A stretch of DNA of 64,000 nt from Laetmonice hystrix (taxonomy: Eukaryota), in the NCBI GenBank assembly GCA_965235115.1, contig OZ249442.1, positions 16,678,001 to 16,742,000 of the forward strand. The letters are read 5' to 3'. Below are positions 53,135 to 64,000 of this stretch, piece after piece. Position 1 is the stretch's first letter; every line of letters begins with the position of its first letter. A program made the position numbers and the translations under genes. A model generated the notes under the pieces. That model worked only from the letters and a program-made list of their open reading frames with translations. It was not told the origin of the DNA and made no database searches.

Positions 53135-53574
53135 AAGTCAAAGTCCAACTAACTCGAAGTTAAAAAGTCCAACAGGCTGATACTACGTAAAATCTAATGT
53201 TACCATGTTAATCCCTAGCTGTCATCGATTTAGTGGGGGTAGATGTAAGGGCAATATAACTCCTGTTGTCAAGCATACTGCTGTTGCTAAGCAACAACAC
53301 TATAAAGCGGCCTACCTAGGCAACATCCAAGATGGCTCCCGATCTCCCAAATTAACACTTATGGTCCCCGAAAAGCCAAATTTCATGCTTTTATCACAAA
53401 GTGCACACTTGGTCCATATTTCTTGGCTTAACCGCTGTACTATAAGTCAAGGTCAAAGTCCAACCCGAAGTCGAAGTCGAACTCCAAGTCCAAGTCGAGT
53501 TTCATCTCAGGAATCTCATACGTTCGTCAGTGAACGTGAGCTGGGGTCAGCGTGCTGGAGCTCTAGTGACGTCA
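53135..53574. promoter_or_regulatory. Dense cluster of TF-motif matches (RFX X-boxes, HNF4-type DR1, TATA, YY1, CRE)
   Basis: AAGTCAAAGTCCA 53135-47; GTTACCATGTTAAT 53199-212; GTTGCTAAGCAAC 53283-95; TATAAA 53301-06; CTACCTAGGCAAC 53312-24; CAAGATGGC 53328-36; AGGTCAAAGTCCA 53450-62; TGACGTCA 53567-74. Motif matches only. Confidence 0.4.
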
Positions 53575-53804
53575 TTTGTCCTAGTTGGATCCAACACCAT
53601 TGGCCCCCTAGCGGAGACCGCGGAGGGTCTGGGATGTATGAAGCGGCCATTCCCCAAGGATTTGCAAAAAGTCGTGTGAAGCGGCATCGCGCATGAATAG
53701 ATGAGCAGCAAATAGTCGAATTTCCCCCTATACGCACCTGTAGGCACATAGTTCTAATCTAATTTCTCAACTTAGGCCTACCTATATCCTTCTCGAATTT
53801 CCGA

Positions 53805-53933
53805 NNNNNNNNNNNNNNNNNNNNNNNNNNNNNNNNNNNNNNNNNNNNNNNNNNNNNNNNNNNNNNNNNNNNNNNNNNNNNNNNNNNNNNNNNNNNNNNN
53901 NNNNNNNNNNNNNNNNNNNNNNNNNNNNNNNNN
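53805..53933. other. Assembly gap (129 N)
   Basis: Run of N. Confidence 1.
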
Positions 53934-54247
53934 GCCTCCTTGTATAACGTTTTAATGCTAAACCTTGCGTGCATGCAGAGGGCGCTCATGCTAGTACCAA
54001 AGTTCCGAAAGCTAAAGAATACTCACATGTAGGTGTATCTTAGCCCCCCTAACTAATTAAAGCGAAAAGACGAAAATTCTCGATGCATGGATGAGAGCAT
54101 TTTATTTTCTACAGGTTGTTTCTATAGCAATAGTCTGAGGGATAACACTTTGAAATTTTACCTGTGGTAGGGGCAGGGGGGGGGATCAATGGATGAGCCT
54201 CGAGGGATAATGTGTCACCTTAAAATAACCATGGGGCTCATGCATGA

Positions 54248-56277
54248 TTAAACTAACTCATGGGTCAGGTTGGGCGTCTGGGTTTCAAACACAGGTTCCT
54301 CCTGACCCATCATAGGTCCCTCTGACGCCAGATGCTCGTGACCCTTCCTAGTACCCTCTGACGCCAGATGCTCGTGACCCATCATCGGTCCCTCTGACGC
54401 CAGATGCTCGTTAACCATCACAGGTCCCTCTGACGCCACATGCTCGTTAACCATCATCGGTCCCTCTGACGCCAGATGCTCGTGACCCATCATAGGTCTC
54501 TCTGACGCCAGAAGCTCGTTAACCATCATCGGTCCCTCTGACGCCATATGCTCGTGACCCTTCACAGGTCCCTCTGACGCCAGATGCTCGTGAACCATCA
54601 TAGGTCCCTCTGACGCCAGATGCTCGTTACCCATCATCGGTCCCTCTGACGCCAGATGCTCGTGACCCTTCACAGGTCTCTCTGACGCCAGATGCTCGTG
54701 ACCCGTCATCGGTCCCTCTGACGCCAGATGCTCGTGACCCGTCATCGGTCCCTCTGACGCCAGATGCTCCTGACCCATCATCGGTCCTTCTGACGCCAGA
54801 TGCTCGTGAACCATCATAGGTCCCTCTGAAGCCACATGCTCGTGACCCGTCATCGGTCTTTCTGATGCCAGATGCTCGTGACCCGTCATCGGTCCCTCTG
54901 ACGCCAGATGCTCCTGACCCATCATCGGTCCCTCTGACGCCAGATGCTCGTGACCCATCATAGGTCCCTCGCCCATCATGGGCATCTCTGAGCTCATGAC
55001 CTTTTCTTTAGAGATGGCGCCGACTTCCTCGGACAGCTTTTTGTTATCTTCAAATGACGATTCCTGGCTGTCTTTGGGTGATTCGTTCTCAAGCCTTTCC
55101 TGTCTGTCCTCAGATTTCTCATTAGACTGCTCATCACACTTATGGTGCCCATGGTGTCCCTGATGTTGGTGGTGCTGGTGCTGGTGTTGGTGGTGACGGT
55201 GGTGGTGGTGGATTGGATGACGTCCTTCATGGTCAGCATTGCCTGGAGGTGTTAAACCAAAACGTTTATCTTTGATTGACTCCGGTTCTTCGGTCAAACC
55301 AGAATGCATGGCTTTGATTGACTCCGGTTCTTCGGTCAAACCAGAATGCATGGCTTTGATTGACTCCGGTTCTTCGGTCAAACCAGAATGCATGGCTTTG
55401 ATTGACTCCGGTTCTTCGGTCAGACTAGCGTGCATGGCTTTGATTGACTCCGGTTCTTCGGTCAGACTAGCGTGCATGGCTTTGATTGACTCCGGTTCTT
55501 CGGTCAGACTAGCGTGCATGGCTTTGATTGACTCCGGTTCTTCGGTCAGACTAGCGTGCATGGCTTTGATTGACTCCGGTTCTTCGGTCAGACTAGCGTG
55601 CATGGCTTTGATTGACTTTGGTTCTTCGGTCAAACCAGAAGGCATGGTCTGGATGGGCTCCGGTTCTGCAGTTGGCTCTGAGTGACCGACCTTGATCGGT
55701 TCCATTTCTGGTGTAGGTTCGAGCCCTTGCATCTTTGCGGGGAGAACAGACTTGAAGGGCCTCAGGTCGTGGGCTGTAAGAAAACGACATGCGTTAAAAT
55801 AAAAAGGTTGCAGCAAATTCCTGATTGTCAGGAATTTTGAAAAGTTTTGAAAAGAAACTGCTATGTGATCCAAGTTTATATTAACTTGGTGTCGTGCAGG
55901 CGTTGCTGGAAGAAAATCTATTTGACATGAAATTCTCGCACAAAATATAAAGGGAGAAATTCTGTGATAGAATATGCGTTTTACTGCAAGTGATCGCGTT
56001 TGCCAATTTGAAACAAAATCAAATGGGGAACACTGCAAAATAACAGTAATTTCTTATCCATCCATAAAAGACGATTTGTAACATTCTTGATACGATAATG
56101 TTAGAAAAGTGGAGATTCCTACTTTACAGATGTTGTGACATACTTTACAAATTTCCGAATAATATAAGACTACTGCATAGTGAGCCTACACTTACCGGCA
56201 TGCTTTTTGTGAAGAGGGTGGCAGTTTGTCAGAGTCACAACGACAAGAATGACCGTCAAAGCATCTCGAAGCAACAT
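54248..56277 (-). CDS. Secreted His/Met/Glu-rich tandem-repeat protein, 535 aa, uncharacterised
   Basis: Exon 1 56277-56196 encodes a signal-peptide-like leader MLLRDALTVILVVVTLTNCHPLHKKHA (donor G|gtaagt). Exon 2 55773-54248 (ttttcttacag| acceptor, matching phase 1) is open for 508 codons: 9 x 14-aa (S/A)(G/S)LTEEPESIKAMH, a poly-His/Gln tract, an acidic linker, and 18 x 12-aa EGPMMGHEHLAS. Confidence 0.85.
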
Positions 56278-57542
56278 GGCCTTAATTTGAGAAGGTTTTC
56301 CCGAAGCAAGTACTTCAAGTTTAAAAGCTGCAATGATTAAAATGATAATATCAATAACAGAAGGGGGGATAACGGTGGCCTCCAAACCAACAATAGGCTA
56401 CATCGACCTTGGACCTAAAACTTCTTAGTGTGCGGGTCCACGGACTAGCACGTGCGCAATGTTGACTTATTGAAAATCCGTTTGTTCAATATGTAGGCCT
56501 ATACTTTTTCCAGTATCGTGGGTAAGTAAATTTTTATCTTTCAATATAACCGGAGCATAATCCTAAAATCAAATTATTCCTTAAAGGTAGGGCCGAAATG
56601 ATTCATCGATAAATTGGTGTATGGCGATATTTTGTGTCCGCTAACGACGAAGGTCAAAATATCGATACAGAACGCCCAAGAGTAATCACATGGGACTGGA
56701 CCCATATTTTCTCCTAGTTTTTGTTTTTTTTACATCGAATATCCAGTTCCGGTGCACATTAAGAAAGGGTGTTTCGAAAGTCTAAAGAGTCACACGTTGA
56801 AATCCCTGAAGGCGGAGTCACGGCCACATATTCGTAGTTAACACGCTCGGGGAAATATATTCAGAATGTGGGACATTGTTTTCATGGCTTGACAGCACCG
56901 GTGTTTGCGAGAAAGTAATGGGGGTCATATATTGCTAAAGCATAGCTCCATCCCTGGTGGCGAATATATATAGATCCACGGGGACCTGCACAATGTCTAA
57001 GACAATGCCCGTTGCATTTTTTAGACGTCAGTGGGGAGCGACACAAAAGGCAGAACAAGAGAGCGTCTTACCATAGACAGGCCAGCCAGGCCCTGCCACC
57101 AGCACCCTAATTTGCATATCAAATGGCTCTCAAGACATGCACGTGCCTGAAATGTGAAGAAGGCACTGGCCTCGCAATTTGGCTATGTGACTGTCAAAAT
57201 TGCTGTTTATTTCCATTAAAAGGGATTCTGGACACAAAATGTGTTTCAAAATTAACTTTTATTGTTTACGTTAAACGCGCAGGGGCCCGATTTTGCCCAT
57301 AAAAAGTTATGTGTGGCAGAGGGGCAAGCGGACTGAGCCCCTCTGCATTATGGGAGATTGCCCCTGCCTTTCCTCCTGATTATTTTATAGTATTGATCAC
57401 CAGACACGTTTTCCCGCTAGAGGTCGCTCGAAAAAAGGATCTGGACACAAACGCCTATCTAGGCGTGGCGATCAAGGCTGACACGGTGACCGTGATAGAA
57501 AACGATCATCGGCGCTGATTGCGGGATCTGCGGCGGGATCTG

Positions 57543-57793
57543 GGCCCGGTTTCTTGGTGGAGCTTGAGCTGAAATTCTTGGCTCAAGCTCAAGGATTTGG
57601 AGCTTGAGCCAAGGATTCTCGGCTCAAGCTCAAATTTGGGTTTCACAGTCAGACGGCCGTTGAGCTTGAGCTTGAGCTGGGACATGACTGTGAAACCCAA
57701 ATTTGAGGTTGAGCCGAGAATCCTTGGCTCAAGCTCCAAATCCTTGAGCTTGAGCCAAGAATTTCAACTCAAGCTCCACCAAGAAACCGGGCC
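57543..57793. mobile_element. PIF/Harbinger-type MITE (251 bp), nearly fully palindromic
   Basis: CTG|GGCCCGGTTTCTTGGTGGAGCTTGAG... / ...CTCAAGCTCCACCAAGAAACCGGGCC|CTG; TIR ~110 bp, CTG TSD. A lone right-end copy occurs at 63361-63375. Confidence 0.85.
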
Positions 57794-59501
57794 CTGGTCT
57801 CCTGCTCTAAATGCCGCTCCGCGAAGCGAGAGAGTCTGGTGACCCGCCTATAGCCCACATCCAAACAGGGGAAGGCAGGTTAGGGTGCTGACATCTGGTG
57901 GAATCAGCCCGCAGATGTATTTGTGTCCTGTCCGTATATCCAGCTGGCGGGTATAGGACTGGTGGCCGAGTGTGGTCCTGGCTGGCATTTAAGGCGCCCA
58001 TATTTAGTGAAACGATAGCCATCACCCTGTTCATGACAGACTCTGTAAAATCACCTTTTTCGACTGAGTTCTGACACTGCCTGGACGCGATGTGTTTTCA
58101 TTTACCTATGACCAATCACCTGTAGAGACGCCAGATACGAACGTTAGGACTTGGACCCTTGAAGAGTCAGACCAATCCCTGATTTGTTGGTTGTTCTCAA
58201 TTTTTCTTGCTCTCGCCTCCGATTCATCAAGATCTGGGAGGGGCTGAATGAGCCGAAATAATGTGGCCTATCACCAAAACGATGTTTGCGGACATATCTC
58301 CTGTCGGACATAACTAGCCGTTCGGACATATCTAGCCGGAACACGCCCTCTGTTTTTTTCCTTCAATTTTCTTTCAAACTTAAACCCATTTAGTTGGTCC
58401 CGAGCTAGCGTAGGAAAAACATTTCGCTGCCTGGCTATATGGGTCGACCGCATGCATAGACAACTGGGGCGCCACCTGGCGAATATGACACTATGAAAAT
58501 CATCGTGTAGAAGCACAAGTGTAAGCCTATACGAGTATATATTTCGTTTCAGTCCTACCTAAAAGCCCGAACCAAAAGAACAAATTTGTTTAGGAATGGT
58601 TACCGCCTAAAAAGTTAGACTACAACAGTGTATAGCATAATTAGGTGTTAATGACTGGTATACTTACTGTAGGCGACTTTTGTTGTATTCCAAACCAGTT
58701 CAGCAGGCTGTAGGTCGATGGCAATGACAACAAGTCAGGATCACGCGTTTATATAGCCATGCGAATTTCTAACAGCTGTTTGAATGTCACGTATCTGTAT
58801 GTATATAACATCTGTCAGACATGCCTGAATTAACGTGTCTTTATTAACAGGTGTCAATACTGCTCAACCATGACTAATTCTTTGCAAGAACATGAAACAT
58901 AAAAACGTAACATCAGATATACAATAACAGCAAACGGTAGGCCATATATATGTTCTATTTCTACTTAGTTTTATTCCTTTATGATTTATGAGGTAAATGT
59001 GACCATCACGGCCGCAACTCTTGAATGGTATGTACAAATCTAGCAAGTCGAATATCGGTGAAACCTGTCTTGGGACCACTGCCTCGTCACACAGAGTTAT
59101 TAACATGCAAAAACCCCAGGTTCTCTATATATACCTATAAATCTACCTAAAACTTTTATTTGTTAATAACTATAGGAGGTTCATCTGTAACACTTCCCCC
59201 AGATATGCCATATATCAGGTGTCAGCTATACTCGTAGAAAACAAAGCTGACTGAATTTGTCTCATGATATCATAGTTTTCTTTCTAAATTCTTTTGGCTT
59301 TTTGACAAAGAATTTTTCATCCAGTTTGAATCAAAATGAAATCAAATTAATACAACTCTTATTACTATTAAGGCCATTCACGATTATCTCTTAGTGCAAT
59401 GACTCCAAAATGAAGTTAATGAAATTCAACATTCCAGTTGCCTGTTGTCGCTTTGAAGCGGCCGTCATATACGTACACACCTGGTTGATGACAAAATCTT
59501 T

Positions 59502-59667
59502 GACCTGCATGGTCTATAATACCTACACCAGGGAGAAACCTGCATGTCCCGCACACACCAGTGGCATCTCGCCACTAATCTTAGACCTGCATGGTCTACA
59601 ATACCTACACCAGGAGAAACCTGCATGTCCCGCACACACCAGTGGCATCTCGCCACTAATCTTAGAC
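59502..59667. repeat. Tandem duplication, ~83 nt x2
   Basis: GACCTGCATGGTCTA(T/C)AATACCTACACCAGG(G)AGAAACCTGCATGTCCCGCACACACCAGTGGCATCTCGCCACTAATCTTAGAC occurs twice. Confidence 0.9.
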
Positions 59668-60051
59668 ATCTTGTCAACAACGCCATTCAACGGTTCGCGT
59701 GTTTCAAAATGTACACTCTGTGGGCTGAGTCCTACTATATTTCATGTTTCTCTCATACGGGCAGGTGCATGGTTATCATATTTACACATCATATAGCTAG
59801 GGATGAAAGGTATGTTATATCTCGGAGTTATATATTCGGGCTGGGACTTTAACCTTCTTTATTTGCAGGCTCTTCGGCAAGCTAAGGGAATGATTATACA
59901 GCAAAAACCGTTTATTGGGTCGGGACTAAGGACCTGGGGGAAAACCACGTCTTACGAACATCAACCGACCTCAAAACGCTATTATACATTGACTGATTGT
60001 TTCATGTTATATTATAAGGCTGTTATGTCACAACCTTGTGGCAACGCATGA

Positions 60052-60430
60052 TCTCAGCCGTTAGTGGCGGGAATCACGTACTGCGAGACCTATGGGCTTC
60101 GTTCACGCCAGCCTTTCCTATACTAATGTATCTCAGCCGTTAGTGGCGGGAATCACGTACTGCGAGACCTTCGTTCACGCCAGCCTTTCCTATACTAATG
60201 TATCTCAGCCGTTAGTGGCGGGAATCACGTACTGCGAGACCTATGGGCTTCGTTCACGCCAGCCTTTCCTATACTAATGTATCTCAGCCGTTAGTGGCGG
60301 GAATCACGTACTGCGAGACCTTCGTTCACGCCAGCCTTTCCTATACTAATGTATCTCAGCCGTTAGTGGCGGGAATCACGTACTGCGAGACCTATGGGCT
60401 TCGTTCACGCCAGCCTTTCCTATACTAATG
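60052..60430. repeat. Tandem repeat with alternating 79-nt and 72-nt units (A-B-A-B-A; 151-nt higher-order period)
   Basis: Unit TCTCAGCCGTTAGTGGCGGGAATCACGTACTGCGAGACCT[ATGGGCT]TCGTTCACGCCAGCCTTTCCTATACTAATGTA; B lacks the bracketed 7 nt. Confidence 0.93.
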
Positions 60431-60813
60431 TGCTGGCACCTTTATTCCAAGCAATTCTAGTTGACGCTCATTTTACACATTGCATGTTAAAAAATTGCTC
60501 ATAATTTGGCATCTCCAATTTAGAATGAAGAAATCATCGTGAAGCACGTCTTCATAGACATGCAGCATCTGCTGTCACTTCAGATTGGGTAGACTTTCAG
60601 TTGATCAACTTCAATCTGTTATATTTTCTGTGGCCTCTTCGGAATCCAATGCCAATCAGAAAGTCTTTACTTAGAGCTGTCAGCAAGTAAATCCTTGGTC
60701 ATGGCCTATCAACAATGTCTATATCATAATATCCGAAATGGTATTACATCGAGCTCTGTGGTGAACCAATATATGGTTGGGCTTAAATCATTCAAATCAA
60801 TATAACGTCCTCT

Positions 60814-62500
60814 TCAGATGTCTTCGTCCTTCAGCACCAATTCACGGGAGTCTCGCACTCGACTGTACGCTGATGACGTGGACACGGCCATAATGCTGTC
60901 ACGGGAGTTACACCCACGCCTCTTTTTCAAAACGAGTCTGTAGAGCAGAAGTCCCGCGAGAAGTGCGATGAGAAGCCCTAGAATGACCCCGAGACCGATG
61001 GCGAGAGTTCGGGGCGAGGGCTGTGACGGGAGAGGGTCACAGCGGAAGAAACTCATATTGGTGTCGTAAACAGCCATTCCGAAAACCTGACTCGGTTTGG
61101 CACATCTGTAGGATAAAAACGAAAATCGATATGTTTGTTTAAGTTATATTTATCAAATCATTTCTAGGGAAATGTACGCAGGGGGCGGGGGCCGGGGGGC
61201 CGGGGGGGCGGGGGGCCGGGGGGCCGGGGGGCCGGGGGGGCGGGGGGTACGTGTGGCGAATTAATGAAATGATTTTAGTAGCTGTAACTGTAGATCAGGT
61301 AAGTCACAGGTAAGGTGTCACTTACTTTACATAAACTGATTTACCGGTACGGCTAAAGTATGGAACACACATGCCCAAAACAGGTGTATGTTTGTCCAAT
61401 CGAATAAACAAGAATATAAATGAAAAAGTCTTGTTTTAAGGACTTCTCCCTACTTACGTCAAATTTCTACCCAAATTCCATTTGAGTATTTCCTTCGACC
61501 GAAGCCATACCGTTTGGCAGTGACAATTCCACGGGTTGTTGGTGACACGCAGTTTGTTAGTCAGGCCAAACGGGAGAGCGTTTCTGGGCAGCGACTCCAG
61601 GCGGTTGTCGCTGAGATCAAGGTCGGTCAAGGACGGCGTATTGCGGAAGGCGAGCTGATGTATGTCGCTGATTAGGTTCCCACGGAGGTGTAGCTTGCTG
61701 AGTCTGGTCAGACCCTCAAACGTTGAATGGCCTATACTAGTCAGCTCGTTGTAAGACAAAACCAAGTCATCTAATGAGGACCGTCTTGGTGAAGGAAAAC
61801 GCGTTAATTCTTTAATTCTGTTCAAAGAAACATCCAGGGTACGGATATTCGGAAGGGGCTTTATGAACTCCAGTGTTGTGAGTCGGTTTCTGGATATGTT
61901 CAAATATGCCAGAGGGCTATGGATGTCGAAGGCCGTGGGGGACACTTCATATATCCGACAGGCTGAGACGTCTAGCGTGTCAATCTGAGGCAGAGTGTGC
62001 CCACTGAAAACATTGCTACCGATTTCATAGAGAGGGTTTCCTCTCAGATGTAGCTGTGTGAGAGAACGCAGCCCAGAGAATGTTTCTCTCCCCAACTCGG
62101 TAATACCGTTATACGTCATACTCAACGTCTCCAAGTCTCGCAGCTCCGTGAAAGCGCCAGCATCAATGACCCGGATGTTATTGTTGTCAAGATGGAGGGC
62201 CTTGAGGCTCGAATAAGGCACGTTGCCCAGGGTGACAATGTTATTGAATTTGAAGCGCATTTCAAGGAGGTGTGGGAGGTCGTCTGGTACGGAGGTCAGG
62301 CCGGTTCGGAGGCACGTGACAGAGTAGACCTGATGCTCCTGATCGCCCGTGCACGTACAGTTATGGGGCATCATTGCAGGACACAAATTGGCGTCTATGC
62401 CGGACATGAGGCTTGCCAGAGTTACCATGACAACGATCGAAAAGCTGAGCAGATCGTTCCATGGTAGACACGTCATCGTCATACTCTCTACGGCCACCAT
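60814..62500 (-). CDS. Leucine-rich-repeat type I transmembrane protein (signal peptide, LRRNT, ~11 LRRs, LRRCT, TM, short tail), ~444 aa
   Basis: Exons 62500-61458 and 61105-60814(TGA), phase 2 junction. CPAMMPHNCTC..VTC (LRRNT); repeated LxxLxLxxNxI; NPWNCHC..NLTCAKPSQVFG..FRC (LRRCT); TM LAIGLGVILGLLIALLAGLLLY; KKRR stop-transfer. An upstream exon ending at 62663 (ATG 62698) could add 16 aa in frame. Confidence 0.9.
61181..61247 (+). repeat. G-rich (GGGGGCC)-like repeat in the LRR gene intron
   Basis: gggggcgggggccggggggccggggggg... with about nine G-runs of 5 or more. Confidence 0.85.
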
Positions 62501-63604
62501 CGCCGGCTTTTCCTGTTGATGAGAAACAACGTCGAAAATGTTAGGATGGACATTTCTTCGATACCAAAGTAACTCAAACATGCAATTTACATTCAGGTAA
62601 GTATACACAGATAAAACAATGACCATATTGCCTATGATATGTGTTCGCTCCCCAGACCCTACCTGATTTTTCTTTTCCAACCTCATACGGAAACACATGA
62701 CATTTTTACACCAACAGAGACATGCGATCAGGCGGAGAATTGGGAGGGGCTGGAGCGAAGAGAGAAGTCAAGAAGAAAGATTATTCTGGCAGACAAACAG
62801 ACATCCTTGCGACCGACTCGATGGGTCCGATGTCGGGCTTGGTGTCGCTATGGCGACTGCAAACTCCCAAACGGCAGTAAATCGACCGCTCCCAACGGCA
62901 GGCGTCACTTTGAACAGCGGGCGCTCCTCTCTTATAGTATACATCAGCCGAACTATAGGCTACGCCCCTGGAGCTATACGTATACGGACCCGTCAATATA
63001 TAGCCTGAAGCTCACGCGACATAAATGTGGGAATGCTCCTCTTTCACAGGTTGCCTCTTCAAGGCTATCAACCAGCCTTATATATTTTATAGCCTCCGGG
63101 AGAAATCGGCATTCGTTCTGGCTTGTTCTAACGACTTGCAATGGCTCAAATATGGCTAATGAGCGGGCTGATTCTATCGACTTGCATTGGTAAATATAGC
63201 TTATGGAGAGTAAACTATATAAGTACTATTCTAAGTAGAGTGCGGCTCAGTCGTCCCGTGGACAAAGACCTGGTTTTTCGGTGACGCTTGAGTCGAAAGT
63301 TACTTCTAATGAAGTGACTCGAGGCTTGAGCGGTAATTTTCGACCCCCCCCCCCCACCCCCAAGAAACCGGGCCCCGGTCGCCTTTAACATATCGATGGT
63401 TCAGTCAATTTTCACATAGATGAATGAATAGAATCGTTGCAACAGGATCCATAATCATTATGTTTGTCCTGATTTCTTCTTGATACCTGACAAAAAAAGG
63501 ATGATTCAGATGGTGATCCCCTAAACCCCACGTCCCACGTCTAGGCCGTCGACAAGGGAACCAATTTTCCAACAAATGCCTGCAATGATTCGCAATCCTG
63601 CATG

Positions 63605-63980
63605 TTCACACCTCTGGAAGCATCAGGCGCGGAATGGGCTCTCACCTTCCTCCCACCAACTGCTTTCCTTTACCAGACGACGTGTTGGGATCCCAGCCTT
63701 CACACCTCTGGAAGCATCAGGCGCGGAATGGGCTCTCACCTTCCTCCCACCAACTGCTTTCCTTTACCAGACGACGTGTTGGGATCCCAGCCTTCACACC
63801 TCTGGAAGCATCAGGCGCGGAATGGGCTCTCACCTTCCTCCCACCAACTGCTTTCCTTTACCAGACGACGTGTTGGGATCCCAGCCTTCACACCTCTGGA
63901 AGCATCAGGCGCGGAATGGGCTCTCACCTTCCTCCCACCAACTGGTTTCCTTTACCAGACGACGTGTTGGGATCCCAGCC
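63605..63980. repeat. Tandem repeat 4 x 94 nt
   Basis: Unit TTCACACCTCTGGAAGCATCAGGCGCGGAATGGGCTCTCACCTTCCTCCCACCAACTGCTTTCCTTTACCAGACGACGTGTTGGGATCCCAGCC starting at 63605, 63699, 63793 and 63887. Confidence 0.96.
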
Positions 63981-64000
63981 AGGAAGGAAGAGCTTTGATA

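Noticed and set aside
54978-55685. Plus-strand ORFs such as 55239-55685 (ALIDSGSSV repeats)
   Set aside because: Antisense shadows of the repeat protein; the minus-strand frame has the signal-peptide exon and the full-length ORF.
55774-56038. N-terminal 88 aa of the 596-aa ORF (MQCSPFDF...)
   Set aside because: This is intron read-through upstream of the acceptor at 55773; the real N-terminus comes from exon 56277-56196.
54248-56277. Homology of the His-rich gene to sea-urchin Transformer (185/333) immune genes
   Set aside because: Only the architecture is similar (leader exon plus repeat/His-rich exon). There is no Gly-rich region, RGD motif or recognisable sequence similarity.
57506-57842. 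Near-identical ORFs on opposite strands (MELEPRILG...)
   Set aside because: A consequence of the palindromic MITE, not genes. The same applies to 50682-51112.

Overview
AT-rich, intron-rich animal genomic DNA. A marine invertebrate is likely, but this is inference and the taxon cannot be fixed from sequence alone. No prokaryotic features, CRISPR array, rRNA or tRNA genes were found. Six protein-coding genes can be spliced by hand using GT-AG boundaries and phase continuity. (1) The 5' part of an unidentified coiled-coil gene (- strand, runs off the left edge). (2) A complete PDCD6/ALG-2 penta-EF-hand gene, head-to-head with gene 1, carrying a duplicated and obligatorily mutually exclusive exon 2 for EF-hand 1. 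(3) A complete 68-exon, ~2552-aa divergent IP3-receptor-like channel gene (12645-48373), with a non-canonical pore filter and altered IP3- and Ca2+-contact motifs. (4) An NQO-family quinone reductase (-). (5) A two-exon secreted His/Met/Glu-rich tandem-repeat protein with no family I recognise (-). (6) A single-pass LRR transmembrane protein lacking a TIR domain (-). Introns and spacers hold many MITE-type DNA-transposon derivatives (one nested), a decayed LINE RT fragment and minisatellites, several of which duplicate splice sites of the ITPR-like gene. There are three N gaps. All exon models are manual and need RNA-seq confirmation.
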